Below are positions 48,071-60,900 of a stretch of 64,000 nucleotides of DNA, one piece after another. The notes beneath the pieces are model-generated. The model saw nothing but the letters and a program-made list of their open reading frames with translations. It was not told the origin of the DNA and ran no database searches. Each line of letters starts with the position of its first letter. Within the stretch, counting starts at the first letter, position 1. The DNA is from Trichoplax sp. H2 (lineage: Eukaryota): contig NOWV01000003.1 of the NCBI GenBank assembly GCA_003344405.1, positions 310,001 to 374,000 on the forward strand, in the 5' to 3' direction. The position numbers and the translations under genes were made by a program.

Positions 48071-48152
48071 TACGATAGTAATTGTCGATGATTATATTTA
48101 TTTATTTCAATTTTTTACAAACTTATGTTAGAACACACAAAATCTATGAAGA

Positions 48153-49060
48153 ACTGTACTGTACTGTCACTGAGAAAAAAACTATGGTGTACTGTACAGT
48201 ACAGTACACTATGTACAGTAAGTGTGCATACAGTACAGTACAGTGTCATTACGTATTGTGCTGTACTGTACTGTACACTGTACAGTGGATCAGACCGTGG
48301 AGACCTCTACCTCTACAGTAATAGTGTATCGTTTCAGATATACGTTTCAGTTAAAATGACCAGCACTACATTAAACGTTAAACATTATACATTATATTAT
48401 CAGCAACGCTGGCCTTGCCTCCCAGCATGTTTTTCAGTATACAGTACAGTACCTTTTTACCTAATTAGAGGCGGGATTTGTTTCAAACGTACAGTACAGT
48501 ATCATGTTTTCTACAGTACAGTACAGTACTGTACACTGTACAGTACACTGTACAGTAGAGTATGGACAACTGTACTGTAGTTTGGGACAGGGATACTGTA
48601 CTGTACAGTACTGTAGCCTCTTTCCCTACTACAGCACTAGTGCTGTACTGTACAGTACAGTACAGTACTACAGTATTACAAAGGGTAAACTGTACAGTAC
48701 TCTACTGAACTGTACACTGTACAGTTTTACCGTAGCATTAAACGTGCTTTGCGTTACGGTACCGACTCGTAATACAGTATTATCTACTGTTGATACAGTA
48801 CAGTACAGTACTGTATGCCTCCCGTTACTTTACTGAACCCTACCGCAATCAGAAGACTACAGTACAATATACAAAAATTCTATTCTGCGGACGGTAACAT
48901 ACTGTACGGTACTGTACTGTGCTCGTATATACAGTATATACAAAACATAAGATCGATCAATTTTATTTTAGAAATTAGAAATTAGAAATTATAGTTATCA
49001 GTGCATTTATTTATTTGTTAGTTATTTGTATCACTGTACAGTACTGTACTGCACAGTATT
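48153..49060. promoter_or_regulatory. Long CAGTA/TACTG array filling the divergent BCL7/TAF7 promoter
   Basis: Dozens of CAGTA/TACTG units with frequent orientation switches (TACTGTACAGTA, TACAGTACTGTA) fill most of the ~1.05 kb between the ATGs at 48070 and 49120. Confidence 0.7.
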
Positions 49061-49119
49061 ACGCACTATCTATATTTCAAGTTTCCTATATAGCATATAG
49101 TACAGCAAATTCATGAAGG

Positions 49120-50169
49120 ATGAGCCGATGGCGTAGGGAAGACGCGCAATATGAGCATCAATTCCTAGTACGATTGCCACCTGAGGTCGCTAAAGAAGTT
49201 AAAGATAGCATTAATGCCAATTCTTACAAGAGGAAGCCGTTATCAATAGATTTTTCTGATGATTGCCGCCGTGCGGTCATCGAGTATGGTCATGATAAAT
49301 TATATGGTAAAATGTACGATTTGCCGTGCATAATTGAAAGTCAAAAGACAGTTGACAGAAAAACTTTTTACAAATCAGCTGATGTTAGTCAATTACTAAT
49401 ATGTAAAGAAGATGCTAGTAGCGACGAGGACATTATAGATGTTAGTTCAATGACTAAAGGAGGAAAAATTTTAAATAGGAAGGAGCTCAAGAAATATGCT
49501 ATTATTCATGGCATTTCACCACCTTTAAAAAATGTTCGAAAAAGAAGATTTCGTAAAACTGCAAAAAAGAAATATGCTCACTCTATTGAAGTTGAAAGGG
49601 AATTACGCAGATTGTTTAAAGAAGATGTGGCTGCAGTGAAAGTTTCGTATGAAGTTGTAAAGGTCGAAGAAAAAATTGATGATGGGAGAAGTGAAATTTC
49701 TGAGCTGGATGGCCTTGACTCAACTGGACCTACGTCTGTGGTTACCAATGTTATATCTACGACAGGGAGCCCCTACGTCGATGAAATAAATGATGTCAAT
49801 GACACAGAGATTATGAAAGATAAATGTGATGACGTTGCAGCGATGTTACATATGAGTGATGATGAAATAGAAGAAGATAATAAAGTGGAAACTAAAAATA
49901 ACCCTTCTGAAGCAAATAGTAGAGAACACATAGATTCCACTAATAACAGTATAAGTGCTAATGAAAGGGCTGACATTGCCAACAAAATAGCGACAGTTGA
50001 GGAAGCACTTATAAGATTGCAAGCGAAAATTATAAAAGAGAGGCGCAAGATTGACGAAGTCCCCAACATTTTTCTAAAAATTCGCCTACAATCTAACCTG
50101 GAAAGTTTACTTGGACAAGAGAATGAAAAGCGCGAAGAATTACATGAGTTAAATGTAAGGTTAAATTAA
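49120..50169 (+). CDS. TAF7: Transcription initiation factor TFIID subunit 7 (TAFII55), intronless CDS, 349 aa
   Basis: EHQFLVRLP, GKMYDLPCIIESQKTVDRKTFYKSADVSQLL, HGISPPLKNVRKRRFRK, EVERELRRL, and a C-terminal coiled coil with PNIFLKIRLQ. Confidence 0.96.
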   Translation: MSRWRREDAQYEHQFLVRLPPEVAKEVKDSINANSYKRKPLSIDFSDDCRRAVIEYGHDKLYGKMYDLPCIIESQKTVDRKTFYKSADVSQLLICKEDASSDEDIIDVSSMTKGGKILNRKELKKYAIIHGISPPLKNVRKRRFRKTAKKKYAHSIEVERELRRLFKEDVAAVKVSYEVVKVEEKIDDGRSEISELDGLDSTGPTSVVTNVISTTGSPYVDEINDVNDTEIMKDKCDDVAAMLHMSDDEIEEDNKVETKNNPSEANSREHIDSTNNSISANERADIANKIATVEEALIRLQAKIIKERRKIDEVPNIFLKIRLQSNLESLLGQENEKREELHELNVRLN

Positions 50170-50781
50170 ATCTAAAACTTTATGCAATGCGGAATAGTAT
50201 TGGCTTATTCGATTGACTCTGCGTTCGCTGTGCCAGTAACTACTCAGTTAAAAGTACTCATACAATCACATAAGTCTACTCTCAGTTCCAAGATAAGAAA
50301 TATCGTAAATATTAAACCTGTATGAATGTTTGTATGTATTCTTTGGTAGTATTTATTATTTACACCCTTGGCGCCAAATTGTAAAATATAACATGCTATA
50401 ATATGCTACAGTTAATATACGCGAACTTTGGTATGAATCTCTTGTATGTAAACTCGAAAGAAAACTATCGATAATAAAATGATGTACTCTTACGTGTAAA
50501 GCCCAGTCGATAATTATAATTAATTGAAGGCGTGAGGGTGATACTTTTAATATTAGCAACTCTCTTTTAGAGAAGTGTTTGGCCTATGTTGTGCAACAAA
50601 GTTGCCAGCATGTTCTTCCATTAAAGGAATTTTACTGTAGTATTAATAATATTGAACTTCTAATGATAAGAACCCGTTGAGATGTACGGAATTATCTATG
50701 GATAAAAATTATTTTGTAATCTCTGTAATATTACAGTAGGCGAAATTAGTAATCACGAGCCCGCCTCACTTGGAAGCGAAC

Positions 50782-51170
50782 AGATTTGGTGGCTGACGAA
50801 TCAGTCAGTCAATATAGTGCGCTATAGTCTCGATCAGATTATCTTAATAATACAGTATTGTAAAGAAACATGTATTGCGTCAGAATGTTCGACTAGTCTA
50901 TTATATTATATCATATCATATATTAAAAAAATTGTAATATCGGGAGCGTGTGATATTCCTACAAATATACTCTAGATTTGGTGGCTGATGAATCAGTCAA
51001 TGTAGTGCGCTATAGTCTCGATCAGATTATCTTAATAATACAGTATTGTAAAGAAATATGTATTACGTGAGAGTCTTCGACTAGTCTATTATATTATATC
51101 ATATCATATCATATATTAAAAAAATTGTAATATCGGGAGCGTGTGATATTCCTACAAATATACTCTAGAT
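50782..51170 (+). repeat. Tandem duplication, two copies of a ~192-bp unit
   Basis: The unit agatttggtggctga...gtgcgctatagtctcgatcagattatcttaataatacagtattgtaaagaaa...cgggagcgtgtgatattcctacaaatatactct occurs at 50782-50973 and 50974-51166, followed by AGAT. Confidence 0.95.
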
Positions 51171-52316
51171 ATTGTGATTCATTGCATTACGAGATTTTTC
51201 GTACATGCTGAACTTATTGTACTAAGCGGTACTCCTTGTCTCATTCAGTGTATTATCGTTACCCACACTTGTACTTTTCTCCGCGAGAGGAGATTTATTA
51301 AGAGTGTAAACAGATTAGGTTAAATCTCTGCTGATATACGTATTTTGCTGTAATAGTTCCTAACCTTAACACTCTACTACAGATCGATAATTCTGGTATT
51401 TATTTATCATATACGTATTTACAGGGTATTAATATGCACTGTATGCTATACAGCAAGGTATTAGAAACATCAGTATTATAAATATTTTATGCTAATAGCC
51501 TTGATTAGTTACGGTTGTTTTGCCGCCATTAAACTGCTACATCTACCAGTGAACATGTTTGCATCCCAGATAATTCTACTTGATTACATATTACGCACAG
51601 CATTTTAGCGTTCGTACATATTCACCATCACGTTTTATTTGCTCGGTTTATCTAAGTTTTCTAACTAGGATTCTATATCTTCGTTAATTCAATTTATACT
51701 AGTTATGACAAAAAAAGTTATAAATTCTTAAGCTGTACTTATTGTTGCAATAAACGATTGCTAAACAGTGAGTGTATTAAAGTTAAAGCAGGTTATATTA
51801 TACGATCGTACGATATTATCTGCAATTTTTTATAATTAAGATTTATAGAAATTCAATAAGAATCCTTATGACATGCTCGAATCTTAGTAGATATTAAATA
51901 CTTATGGACCGTGATGGGAACTCACGTCAGAACGTTTAATTAAATGTGGCTTGGATTCCCTAATGCTAGCGCCTGCATACATAATACAGCGCTTATAATT
52001 TATATATAGTGAAAAAAACATAAATATTACGAAGACTGAGCGTATAGGACGCAATGATTTTATATATGATCAGCTGGTACGGTACTATGCGCGTCTATAA
52101 TGTTATACCATACGTATATTCAGGTCTGATATGGACATATTGGTTAGTAATTGCTCACTTAAATTTACAGATAGTATCCCGCAAACGTTAATGAACAATT
52201 TCAGTATCGGCATAAAGTAGGCTAGGGATTTAATCGATATTTGACAATATTAAGTATCTGATATTGATACAACAATACCGGATTGTTAATATGATCATAC
52301 ACCATGCTCGTGTTTT

Positions 52317-55300
52317 TTATATATTTGCTATATCTGTATCTTTCCATTGTACAGTATTTGGCAGAGAGTCTATCTGATCAGGACTAAGACGCCCAATAAG
52401 CCAATAAGTTTCCATGGTTCCCTTACCCTATTAAAGATAATTTAAATTTAGTAAGATACGTTACACTAGCTTCTTAGTTGCTGCCAGAAACTTATTGAAA
52501 CTTATATGTTGGAATTAATATAATACGAAAATTTTAGTTCATGTTTAATATTAAATATACTCTGTCATATAATCAAAGAAATTAAGTAGTTACAGTAGGC
52601 AATATCTTAGCACTGCAGTAGCATGTTAAAAAGCATACTATCAATTACAGTACACTATATCTTCGTTACACGGCACGCATTGATGCAAGTTAAGTGTATG
52701 GATAAGTATAGCTTTATCATAAGTGTTGTAAATCGTTGATAATAATCAAAGTGAAAACAATTATTATTTTGGGCCATAATAGACCAATTAAGAATAACAT
52801 TATATTATATACCTTGAGTTCCACAGTTCCACGATACTCGACTTCAAAACCACCAAAGATCGTTAGTAATTCATACGATTCCTTACTAATGTGAATTTGA
52901 TTAGCTGCAGGAAGGATAAGTTTTAAATTTAATTAATACAATGCAACAATGGCAGATAATGCAACTGTGCTGAGTTATCTCTAAAGTCGCATTGTTCTGG
53001 ACCAATACATGGTACTCAAATTATGAGACTTATTATAATGCTTCTTATTTATTGAACTACAGTACTGCGTAATAAGCGAATAAATTTTTATAGTGACATC
53101 GGCACTAGTCTATTTGTCACTTACGAGCTCCAGTGGTTTCTAGTCTAGCTGCTGTATTAACTGCATCTCCAAAGAGACAGTACCTTGGCATCTTTGTTCC
53201 TACCACACCGGCCATGCACGGTCCTAATTATTACCAATAGATATTAGAGTTGAAATTATATTTTTAAGTCGATACTTCGAAGATTAAAAACATAAAGAGT
53301 GTCTTATCTATTAATTCAATAGGTGAAATTCTTTCTGAATACTAATTACCAGATATTGTACTATATAAATAGTTGATACTGACCAACTTACGTTGGTGTC
53401 AAATAGATAATGCGAATAATATTTACATCATCCCGTATATCGTGTTGGAATGTAGACATAATCAAGATCTCCGTGTATCATTTTTGCATTATCTGTCGTT
53501 GAATTACATTACTAGATTTACACTGAAGGCTTCTGAGTTTAGTGATTTAGATTTTTGAATGAATTTGCAAGTTACATAAGATTGATTGTAATTTGAATAC
53601 TTTACTACTTATAATAAGAACAATCTAACACGTAGAAAATGCAAACCTTCACTATATTATTAATATACTTACTCGTATAGATATCTAATAGCTAAATACA
53701 TATTTTATTGACATGCCTGAATGAATACCAATCCTTAGTTGCAATCTGTAACTCGGCATATGAGGCACGCCGAACTGTTCGATGTCTTTCCTTAAATGAA
53801 TTGCCATTTTGGCTATCTCGAACACGTGTTTCCGTCCATTTCGTAACGGCACACCTGATGCAACCATGTAAGCATCTCCAATAGTTTCAACTTTATAAAC
53901 ATTATAAAGCTCCGTAGTGTTATCAAAATTTAGATAGAGAGCGTTTAGTAATTCAATAACTTGTAAGGGTGTACTGCGCGAGGATAGTTGAGTAAAACCA
54001 ACAATGTCACAAAAAAAAATGGTAACTTGATCAAAATACTCTGCAGTAGCAGAGTCAGTTTGCTTAAGTTCTTTTGCCACTGTTCTCGGTAGCATCCTGT
54101 ATAGAAGTGAGTTAGCTCGTTCACGTTCAAATTTCAGCAGATCAGTTTTCTGGACCACATCCTCGGCAAATCTTTCAATTGATCGGACTAAATTTATCAT
54201 AAGTTTAAATAACAGCGGACAAATACAAAAAATTAGAAAGAGGAGACAAATAGCGATAATAACATCAGTATTCTCCAGGCGAATGTCTTTTTCAAGATAG
54301 CCTTGTATTGATGTTGAGAGTCTTTTATGCACTGTATTTTCAATATTAATATAAGCAGTGTTCAATTGAAACCACCACATAAGCGGATTTCGATTATGGA
54401 TTGTTTTGTTACTTACAATTTCTGCTTTCATCTTGTTCAGTGTTATTAATAAAGAGGGATAAGATTCTAACGCAGAATTAAGATAATCATTAATTTGAGA
54501 AGCAAAAATCTTAGACGTTTTTAAGAAAGCCGAATTTAGTGAATCGGCTTTAATATATTGTTTCAAGTCCGTTTCCGTGAAATAACCTAAGTAATAATGT
54601 AGTACTCCTAATTCTCGAACTATTGATGCTTCTTCTTTACTTGAAGCTAACATTTTAAATCCAACATATAATTTCCAAACATTAGAATTTCTCGATGCTG
54701 GAGCTAATTTTAATAGATACTCGATCAACGGTTTGATAATGCTTTCGTAAAAATAAATTTCGTCCAAAATGAATTTTCGTATAGCAGATGAAGTTGTGAT
54801 TATTTTATTGCTGGTTTTTCGATGATTTTGTATGTGAGTGAGAAGCTGTGATCTAGTAAGTAAAAAATTTGGTACGATAATTGTATTGGGCAGTGGCCAT
54901 ATCTGTAATTTATCTATCCAAGAATCTGTGCTATTGTAAGCTTTTAAAATACTTTCCAGAGTTGTAATATTTCCAATTCCTAATATTCTTTGTCCTCTTT
55001 CATTTTGCAGGCTATGAATGAGTTGAGCTACATTTAATAGATAATTTAATTGCAATTACGATTAACCTGTCTAAAAGGTGATACACATAAATCTTAGCTT
55101 ATATGCATAGTATTGGGAACGATTTAAATTGGACGAAAGGTGTGTTTTCATATATGGAATATTAATTATATTCATTAAAAGAATAGATACAACCTTAAAT
55201 CGGCTTTATGAAGCCTTCACTACTGTTTCTGCGTATTCATATAATCATTTAAAAATTTATCTTTTTTGAGTACCAATTACGATCTATTAATTATAATTTA

Positions 55301-57999
55301 TGCTTTTGCAATATTTGCTTAATACTATGAATTTGTGGTAAACTCAATTGGTAGCATTCTTTGATATAAATTGACAGCTAGATATATTTTTAAAATAAGT
55401 ATTTGGGGGAATGTCAATTCTACTAGTTATTACCGTTGTAGTCAGAATATTTGAAAGTCAATGACGACATTTATAATATGAAACTTTAGTTAAATGATAG
55501 ATAACCATTCTTTAAATTTAATTACAATAGCAAGTTACTAGCCATTGCTGAAATGCAGCGGATTTTATGTTTTGAAAAATAGGCGAATCATACAATTAGA
55601 ATTATAGCGCTTTTAAATCAAATGTTGATTACTAAATGATGCTTATAGAATCCCCCAAAAATAAAAATTGTCGCTTATAACTGCGACTAGTAAATGATGA
55701 CCAATCTTTGATATCAACATTTAAACTAAATCTTTAAATCTCTTATTAAAGATATTTTTATCACGTAGAATTTTTTATCTTATTGTTAAAATTACCATTA
55801 AACAATAATATAGGAACACAGACTATATTCTCTCATGAATTGCTACTTAAATATTAGCCTAGATGGAAAATAAAATTTGACATCTTAATATTTACTGCTT
55901 TATTTTTTTACTGGAATAGGTTTAATGCGGTTTGTAAGTGCTTATAACGTAATTATTACTATTCTGAATAGTCTAAGCATCACATTTCGCTGTGTAAAGC
56001 GTTAATGTCCTGTATTATTAATATCGAAACATTATAAATCTATGGACATTTTGGTGTATCACTGAATACATTATTACTCTGATAAAAATTTAAACATCCT
56101 TAGTGATAATCCTGTCCGGTTAATTTTGATGGAATAAAATTTGAAAATTTTTGATTCTAAAGTTTTACATTGTCAAGTAAATTTAAGAAATTGTAGTTAT
56201 ACTGTTTAAATTAATTGTATAATATCATAGCTACAGCAAGAATGAAATTAATGTTTTTTGTTCAGTTGATTTCTATATAGAAAATTTTTACGGTACCGTA
56301 CCTTTTGTATGGGTTTAGTTATTATGAGATCAGATATAAATTGGGAAGCTAAAACAAATTATCTGATACAACTATAAATGTACTGTATATAATTGATTGT
56401 AAATACAAATGAAATTTTGGGATGGCTCTTTTCACTAGACTTTTGTTTTAAATTTGTTTGATATTGATTTGCGAATTATCGTGGATTTCTAAATTTTAAA
56501 AGTTTCAACCTGGATACGAATAACTATTATTTATTGAACAAATTTGAATGCATTGTAAGTAATTCTGTGTTGGTCGATAATTATTCACTGAATATATTTA
56601 CGCACATGATACTACGAAGTCTTTATTGCTGTGTGTGTTAACTAAGTATTTTTTTGTATAAAATATAATTAAAAAGGAATTATTGCAGATAGTTTAGAAT
56701 CTATGAATTTAACTTTAAAGGAGAAACAACTGAAGTTTATTACACTAAAATTTGTAAAATTGTAGTGTTACTAGAATTAATTATCGGTTAATCCAAGTTA
56801 GCTCAATTTAGGCATGAAAAATATGAGAAATTAAGGGTTCAACCAGCAACGTAAGTTTTAGTGCGTAGATTTTAGTCAAATTAGTACCTTTTTGAGAATA
56901 TTATGCCCGTAAGGGGAATATACTTTATACTATATATGGCTACATTGAAAATTACGATACTCTAACAATTAATAGTTAACGAAAGAGATATGCACATCCA
57001 GTTAATTTTAAGTCAACAAAATCTGTCCTTCACAATAATTGCCTACAGGTTTGCATTTAAGTCACTTTTACTTAGTTCAATTTCGCTATGATTTTATAAA
57101 ACAGATTTTAGGAACTACATTAATAATAAAGGTACTTTAGTATACATTATTACTATACATCCAGGATAGAATATAATAAACTTTTCAAAGATTTATGATA
57201 GTGGAAATTCCGCGATGAACAATTTAGGTAGGTATTCGTACAGTGAATGAAGACTAAAATTTTGTCTGTTTCGGAGTTAGATTTATGCTGGCGGAACAGA
57301 AAACGTTTGTATTTTAGAAATGCTTTTCCATCAAGGAGTTAAAAGTGCAATCAGTTATTTATAAGATATTTTAAGTAATTTGTCAAACGAGAAACAAAAT
57401 CCTTTGAAATCATTATATCAGTTGTTATTAGATATTAAGGTAACGTTAAGATCATTTTTAAACTATTAATATTTTTATTAGTCATTCTAATACACTTAAC
57501 TCCTATTAGTTCGAAATGACTGACTTGTTATAGATATAATCAACTAGATACCAATTATCTTAATAAACTAAATAATAATTTCAGGTAGCGTTAGTAACAA
57601 AACTAAACAGTTACACCTATATAGAATAAATGGTATTAAACTTATAGACATGCATCGATGCGACTGTGATGGATCAAATAATCCATTATCAATTATTATT
57701 GAGATTTTCAGTTTCAGTGCTTTCCAATTAAAGCTTCAAAACTTACCTGAACTCTCAGTTAAATTCATTTGCTCCTTTGTTTTATAACTTGCTGTTTCCT
57801 CACTTATGGAATTAACTAAGCGGATCATCGATTCAGCAATAACTCCCATAATTGGAACAGTTACTAGAAGTAACATTTTCATTAAATATTCACGTCTTCC
57901 ACGTCGTGTTAAGAAGTCATCCCGAAAAAACTTTTTACTGCTTCTGGTAATTTCCTGTGAAATACCGGATCGACTATCCTCTTCTATTTCGTAAACCAT
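52317..57999 (-). CDS. NIT-domain (nitrate/nitrite-sensing) transmembrane guanylyl cyclase, NIT-GC; five coding exons
   Basis: Exon 1 carries TM1 ([14 protein letters not shown]) and splices in phase 1 (ESSG|gtaag ... tgtag|CT at ~55027) into [12 protein letters not shown], the NIT hallmark. TM2 is [19 protein letters not shown], then a coiled coil ([21 protein letters not shown]) and the cyclase domain: [78 protein letters not shown]. Confidence 0.9.
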
Positions 58000-60900
58000 A
58001 TCTAATTGCTAGATATGGTTATCTTCAGTGATAAGTTTTGAGGAATATAACTAACACCGCTGACTTAACTGAGGTATTTTTTGACTTTTCTTTATGTTGT
58101 CCTCTGCCTATATATACGTATAGTACAATATATCAGTTAATTTAAGCGAAATAACTTCGTTAAAAAGTAGATGCATGTCTGATTATACAAGAAAATCTAT
58201 ACGTTTATTTTACTTCTATTCTAAAATATCTATATAAGGAAAAGACTCTACGATATTATTTGTAGATATAAAGACAATTAGGCAATACGTATAAGCACAC
58301 CTGCATCCATGAAAACAGGGACAAGAATAAATTATTGCAGATTGTTTCGATACCTATTATAGTGAGTATTTTATGTTATCAGGCTATTATTAGCATTTTC
58401 TTTACTTTGACAAGGAATATTAAGTTGAAAAGAGTAGTCGTTACGGTCTAATGAGCTATTATAATTAGGCAACTGATATTAAAATAATTTAATTTATGTA
58501 TTGACGAAGACATAGATAATAATGAGAATGGCCACTAATTTCAGATTAAAAGAAAATTCTTTAGGCATTTGCGACAGTGTTATATACTGTATTAGACTAG
58601 AAATATCTATGTTAGGATAATTCTGTTAGCCTATCCTTATTTAGTTAACTTCTAATTTGGATATACTGTGTTTTAATATATCACTGACTTTTTATGACAG
58701 TGACACATATACACATACTGAAATTAATAGTTATAATAGGGAATGCAAATCATCTACTTACAGTTCGAATCATTGTGATTATAACTTACTTATGGTAGAT
58801 TGTAAATTATCATGGAAATGTTCTATGATAGGACATATCGTAATCTGACTATTCTGTATTAGTAATCAGATGTCTATGTTCATAAATACTGTTGTCTGCA
58901 TTAAGGGAGCAGTAGCTAAAATTAATATCTAATTCAGTAAATGATTCCAAAGTTAATCGTACTAACTATGACTCATGAACTATTGAGGAAGAGTATATAA
59001 ATGCAGTATATCGCGTAATAAAGTCGATTCTCAGACTTAGTGTTTAACGTAAAATACGAGACGTCCAAGTCTTTGTGTAGTCTGCTAGTAGAGCAAAAGT
59101 GTTTCTGATAGTGCAGATATCGTTCCTTGATACGTGGTTCAATGAATTGACTTATTGATCGTACATTACGTTATCTTGTTGCAAAGCTGTTTTGTGATAG
59201 CATTGTTCACGTGACATATTTTAAAATATAGCTGTCATTCGGCTTCTTTCAATAAAATTTTAAAATAAAGTTGGAAAGAAGTGGGATAATATCGTTATAA
59301 GAATCTGAAGATACAGGATACCGCGAATGATCTCGTGCTGCAGCAGATATATGCTATTCATAAATGGTTATATCGTGTATATAGTGTATGCAAATATCAT
59401 TGCAGGCGATTGATGAGTGCATAATCAGTGTATAACGTGATTTATTTGTACCTTTTGAAACTTCTTATTTATATGTAATTTTAATACCATGTTATAGTCG
59501 TCTTCAATAAAATCGATAACGGTCTTAAATTTAACACTTCAGTAGTCATCATATAATATTAGATATCTTGATATAGTGACTGTACTATAATATGTAGTCT
59601 CATCAGTATTTAAATTGAGATGCTATTATTGATACGTGAATGAGTGTAGAAATAGTTTCACATTACTTCTATACCACAACCGTATATTTCATATTGAATG
59701 TCAATCTATTGCATTTTTTTATTATCCACAAATACAGTATATATCTTTTTCCATCTATGACTCTTGCTACAATTAAGAAAACGTATTCAAAGTCCAAGTA
59801 AATTTAAAAGACTTCAAAGAATGCCATAACAAAAAATCTAAGAAATTTATTTTTCTGTGATTTCCAGTTGATTATATTATAGTCGCAGAGTTTGTAGTGT
59901 ATATTTACACGGTACTATAATGAATCACCCCATGGTTCCTAATCAATAGAAATTTAAAATAGTGAATGTAATAAAATATCTATGCTATCATCTAAAAATC
60001 TAAAACAAAGGGTTCTCTAATATTAAATTAAACTAAGAACAAAAGAAATGTCACCAGCGGGTAATGAGATCAATCTTATTTTAATGACAATTTCTAAATT
60101 AACGTCCTGCTATTATTTTTATCGCTGTTCTTTTCTGAATAACATGATGAGAAATCATTAGATACATAAATCTAATAATAGCTACAGGATGTTAATTTAT
60201 TGGTTTCATTTACGATTATCATAATTATAATAAATCTAAATAAATGTTTGAGAAAAAGATCGAACCAGATACGCTACGAAGCATGTTAGACCGCATGTAA
60301 ACAAGTTTATAAGATGTATAAATAGATTTTTAATAGCGTAATACTTCTTTTAATGATAGCCACCAGAAAAGCCTAAAATAAATCGGAATCGGTTCACGAA
60401 AGAGTGATTTGTAAAATTAACACGGGATAAAGCTATATCAGTCCAATTGTAAAATGGGTGCTTGCTAAGAAATTCTTAAGCTAGCTAACATACTTAAATT
60501 CAGCCCCTTATAACAGTACGATAATTCAGATAGCTTGACAATTAATTTTATCAATTATATTCTATCTAAAAGATCCATTAATAAATGAAATTAAGTAGCA
60601 CAATATCAGATAAGGATAGAACATCGCATTATCTTAAAATATAATAGCTTTTCGTCTATTTCTTTTATTTCTATCTCCCATATTAGTGATTACCATTGGT
60701 AAAAGACTTCTTATCACTAGAAACATATAATAAGTAAATTCATAATTAATTAATAATACATACTATATATAAGCCCGTCTATAGGATTTTGGTTAATTAA
60801 GTGATTACTACGAGCATATTATGTAGCATTCAATTTTGCAAGAATTTTATTAAAAGCTTCTTTGATGTACTCGCATAGTAACTGTTTTAATAGTAAGTAC

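Noticed and set aside
48082..48836. Overlapping ORFs rich in TVQYSTVLYC (also 8840-9052 and 16401-16670)
   Set aside because: These are translation artefacts of the CAGTA/TACTG pentamer repeats. They are open in several frames and on both strands and show no protein-like features.
48153..49060. Possible CRISPR array
   Set aside because: There is no fixed-length repeat with unique spacers, the context is eukaryotic, and no cas genes are present.
49773..50069. Antisense ORFs over TAF7, NCBP3 (5966-6250), NIT-GC (57806-57994) and MRM3 (61984-62241)
   Set aside because: These are shadow ORFs opposite real coding exons with no independent support.
53685..55055. 456-aa ORF as a standalone gene starting MQLNYLLN
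   Set aside because: It is exon 2 of NIT-GC. The ORF start is intronic (true acceptor ~55027) and the cyclase domain continues in three downstream exons.
55395..55665. Short inverted match (tttggggga / tcccccaaa) in the NIT-GC large intron
   Set aside because: The match is only about 10 bp and does not extend, which is insufficient to call a transposon.
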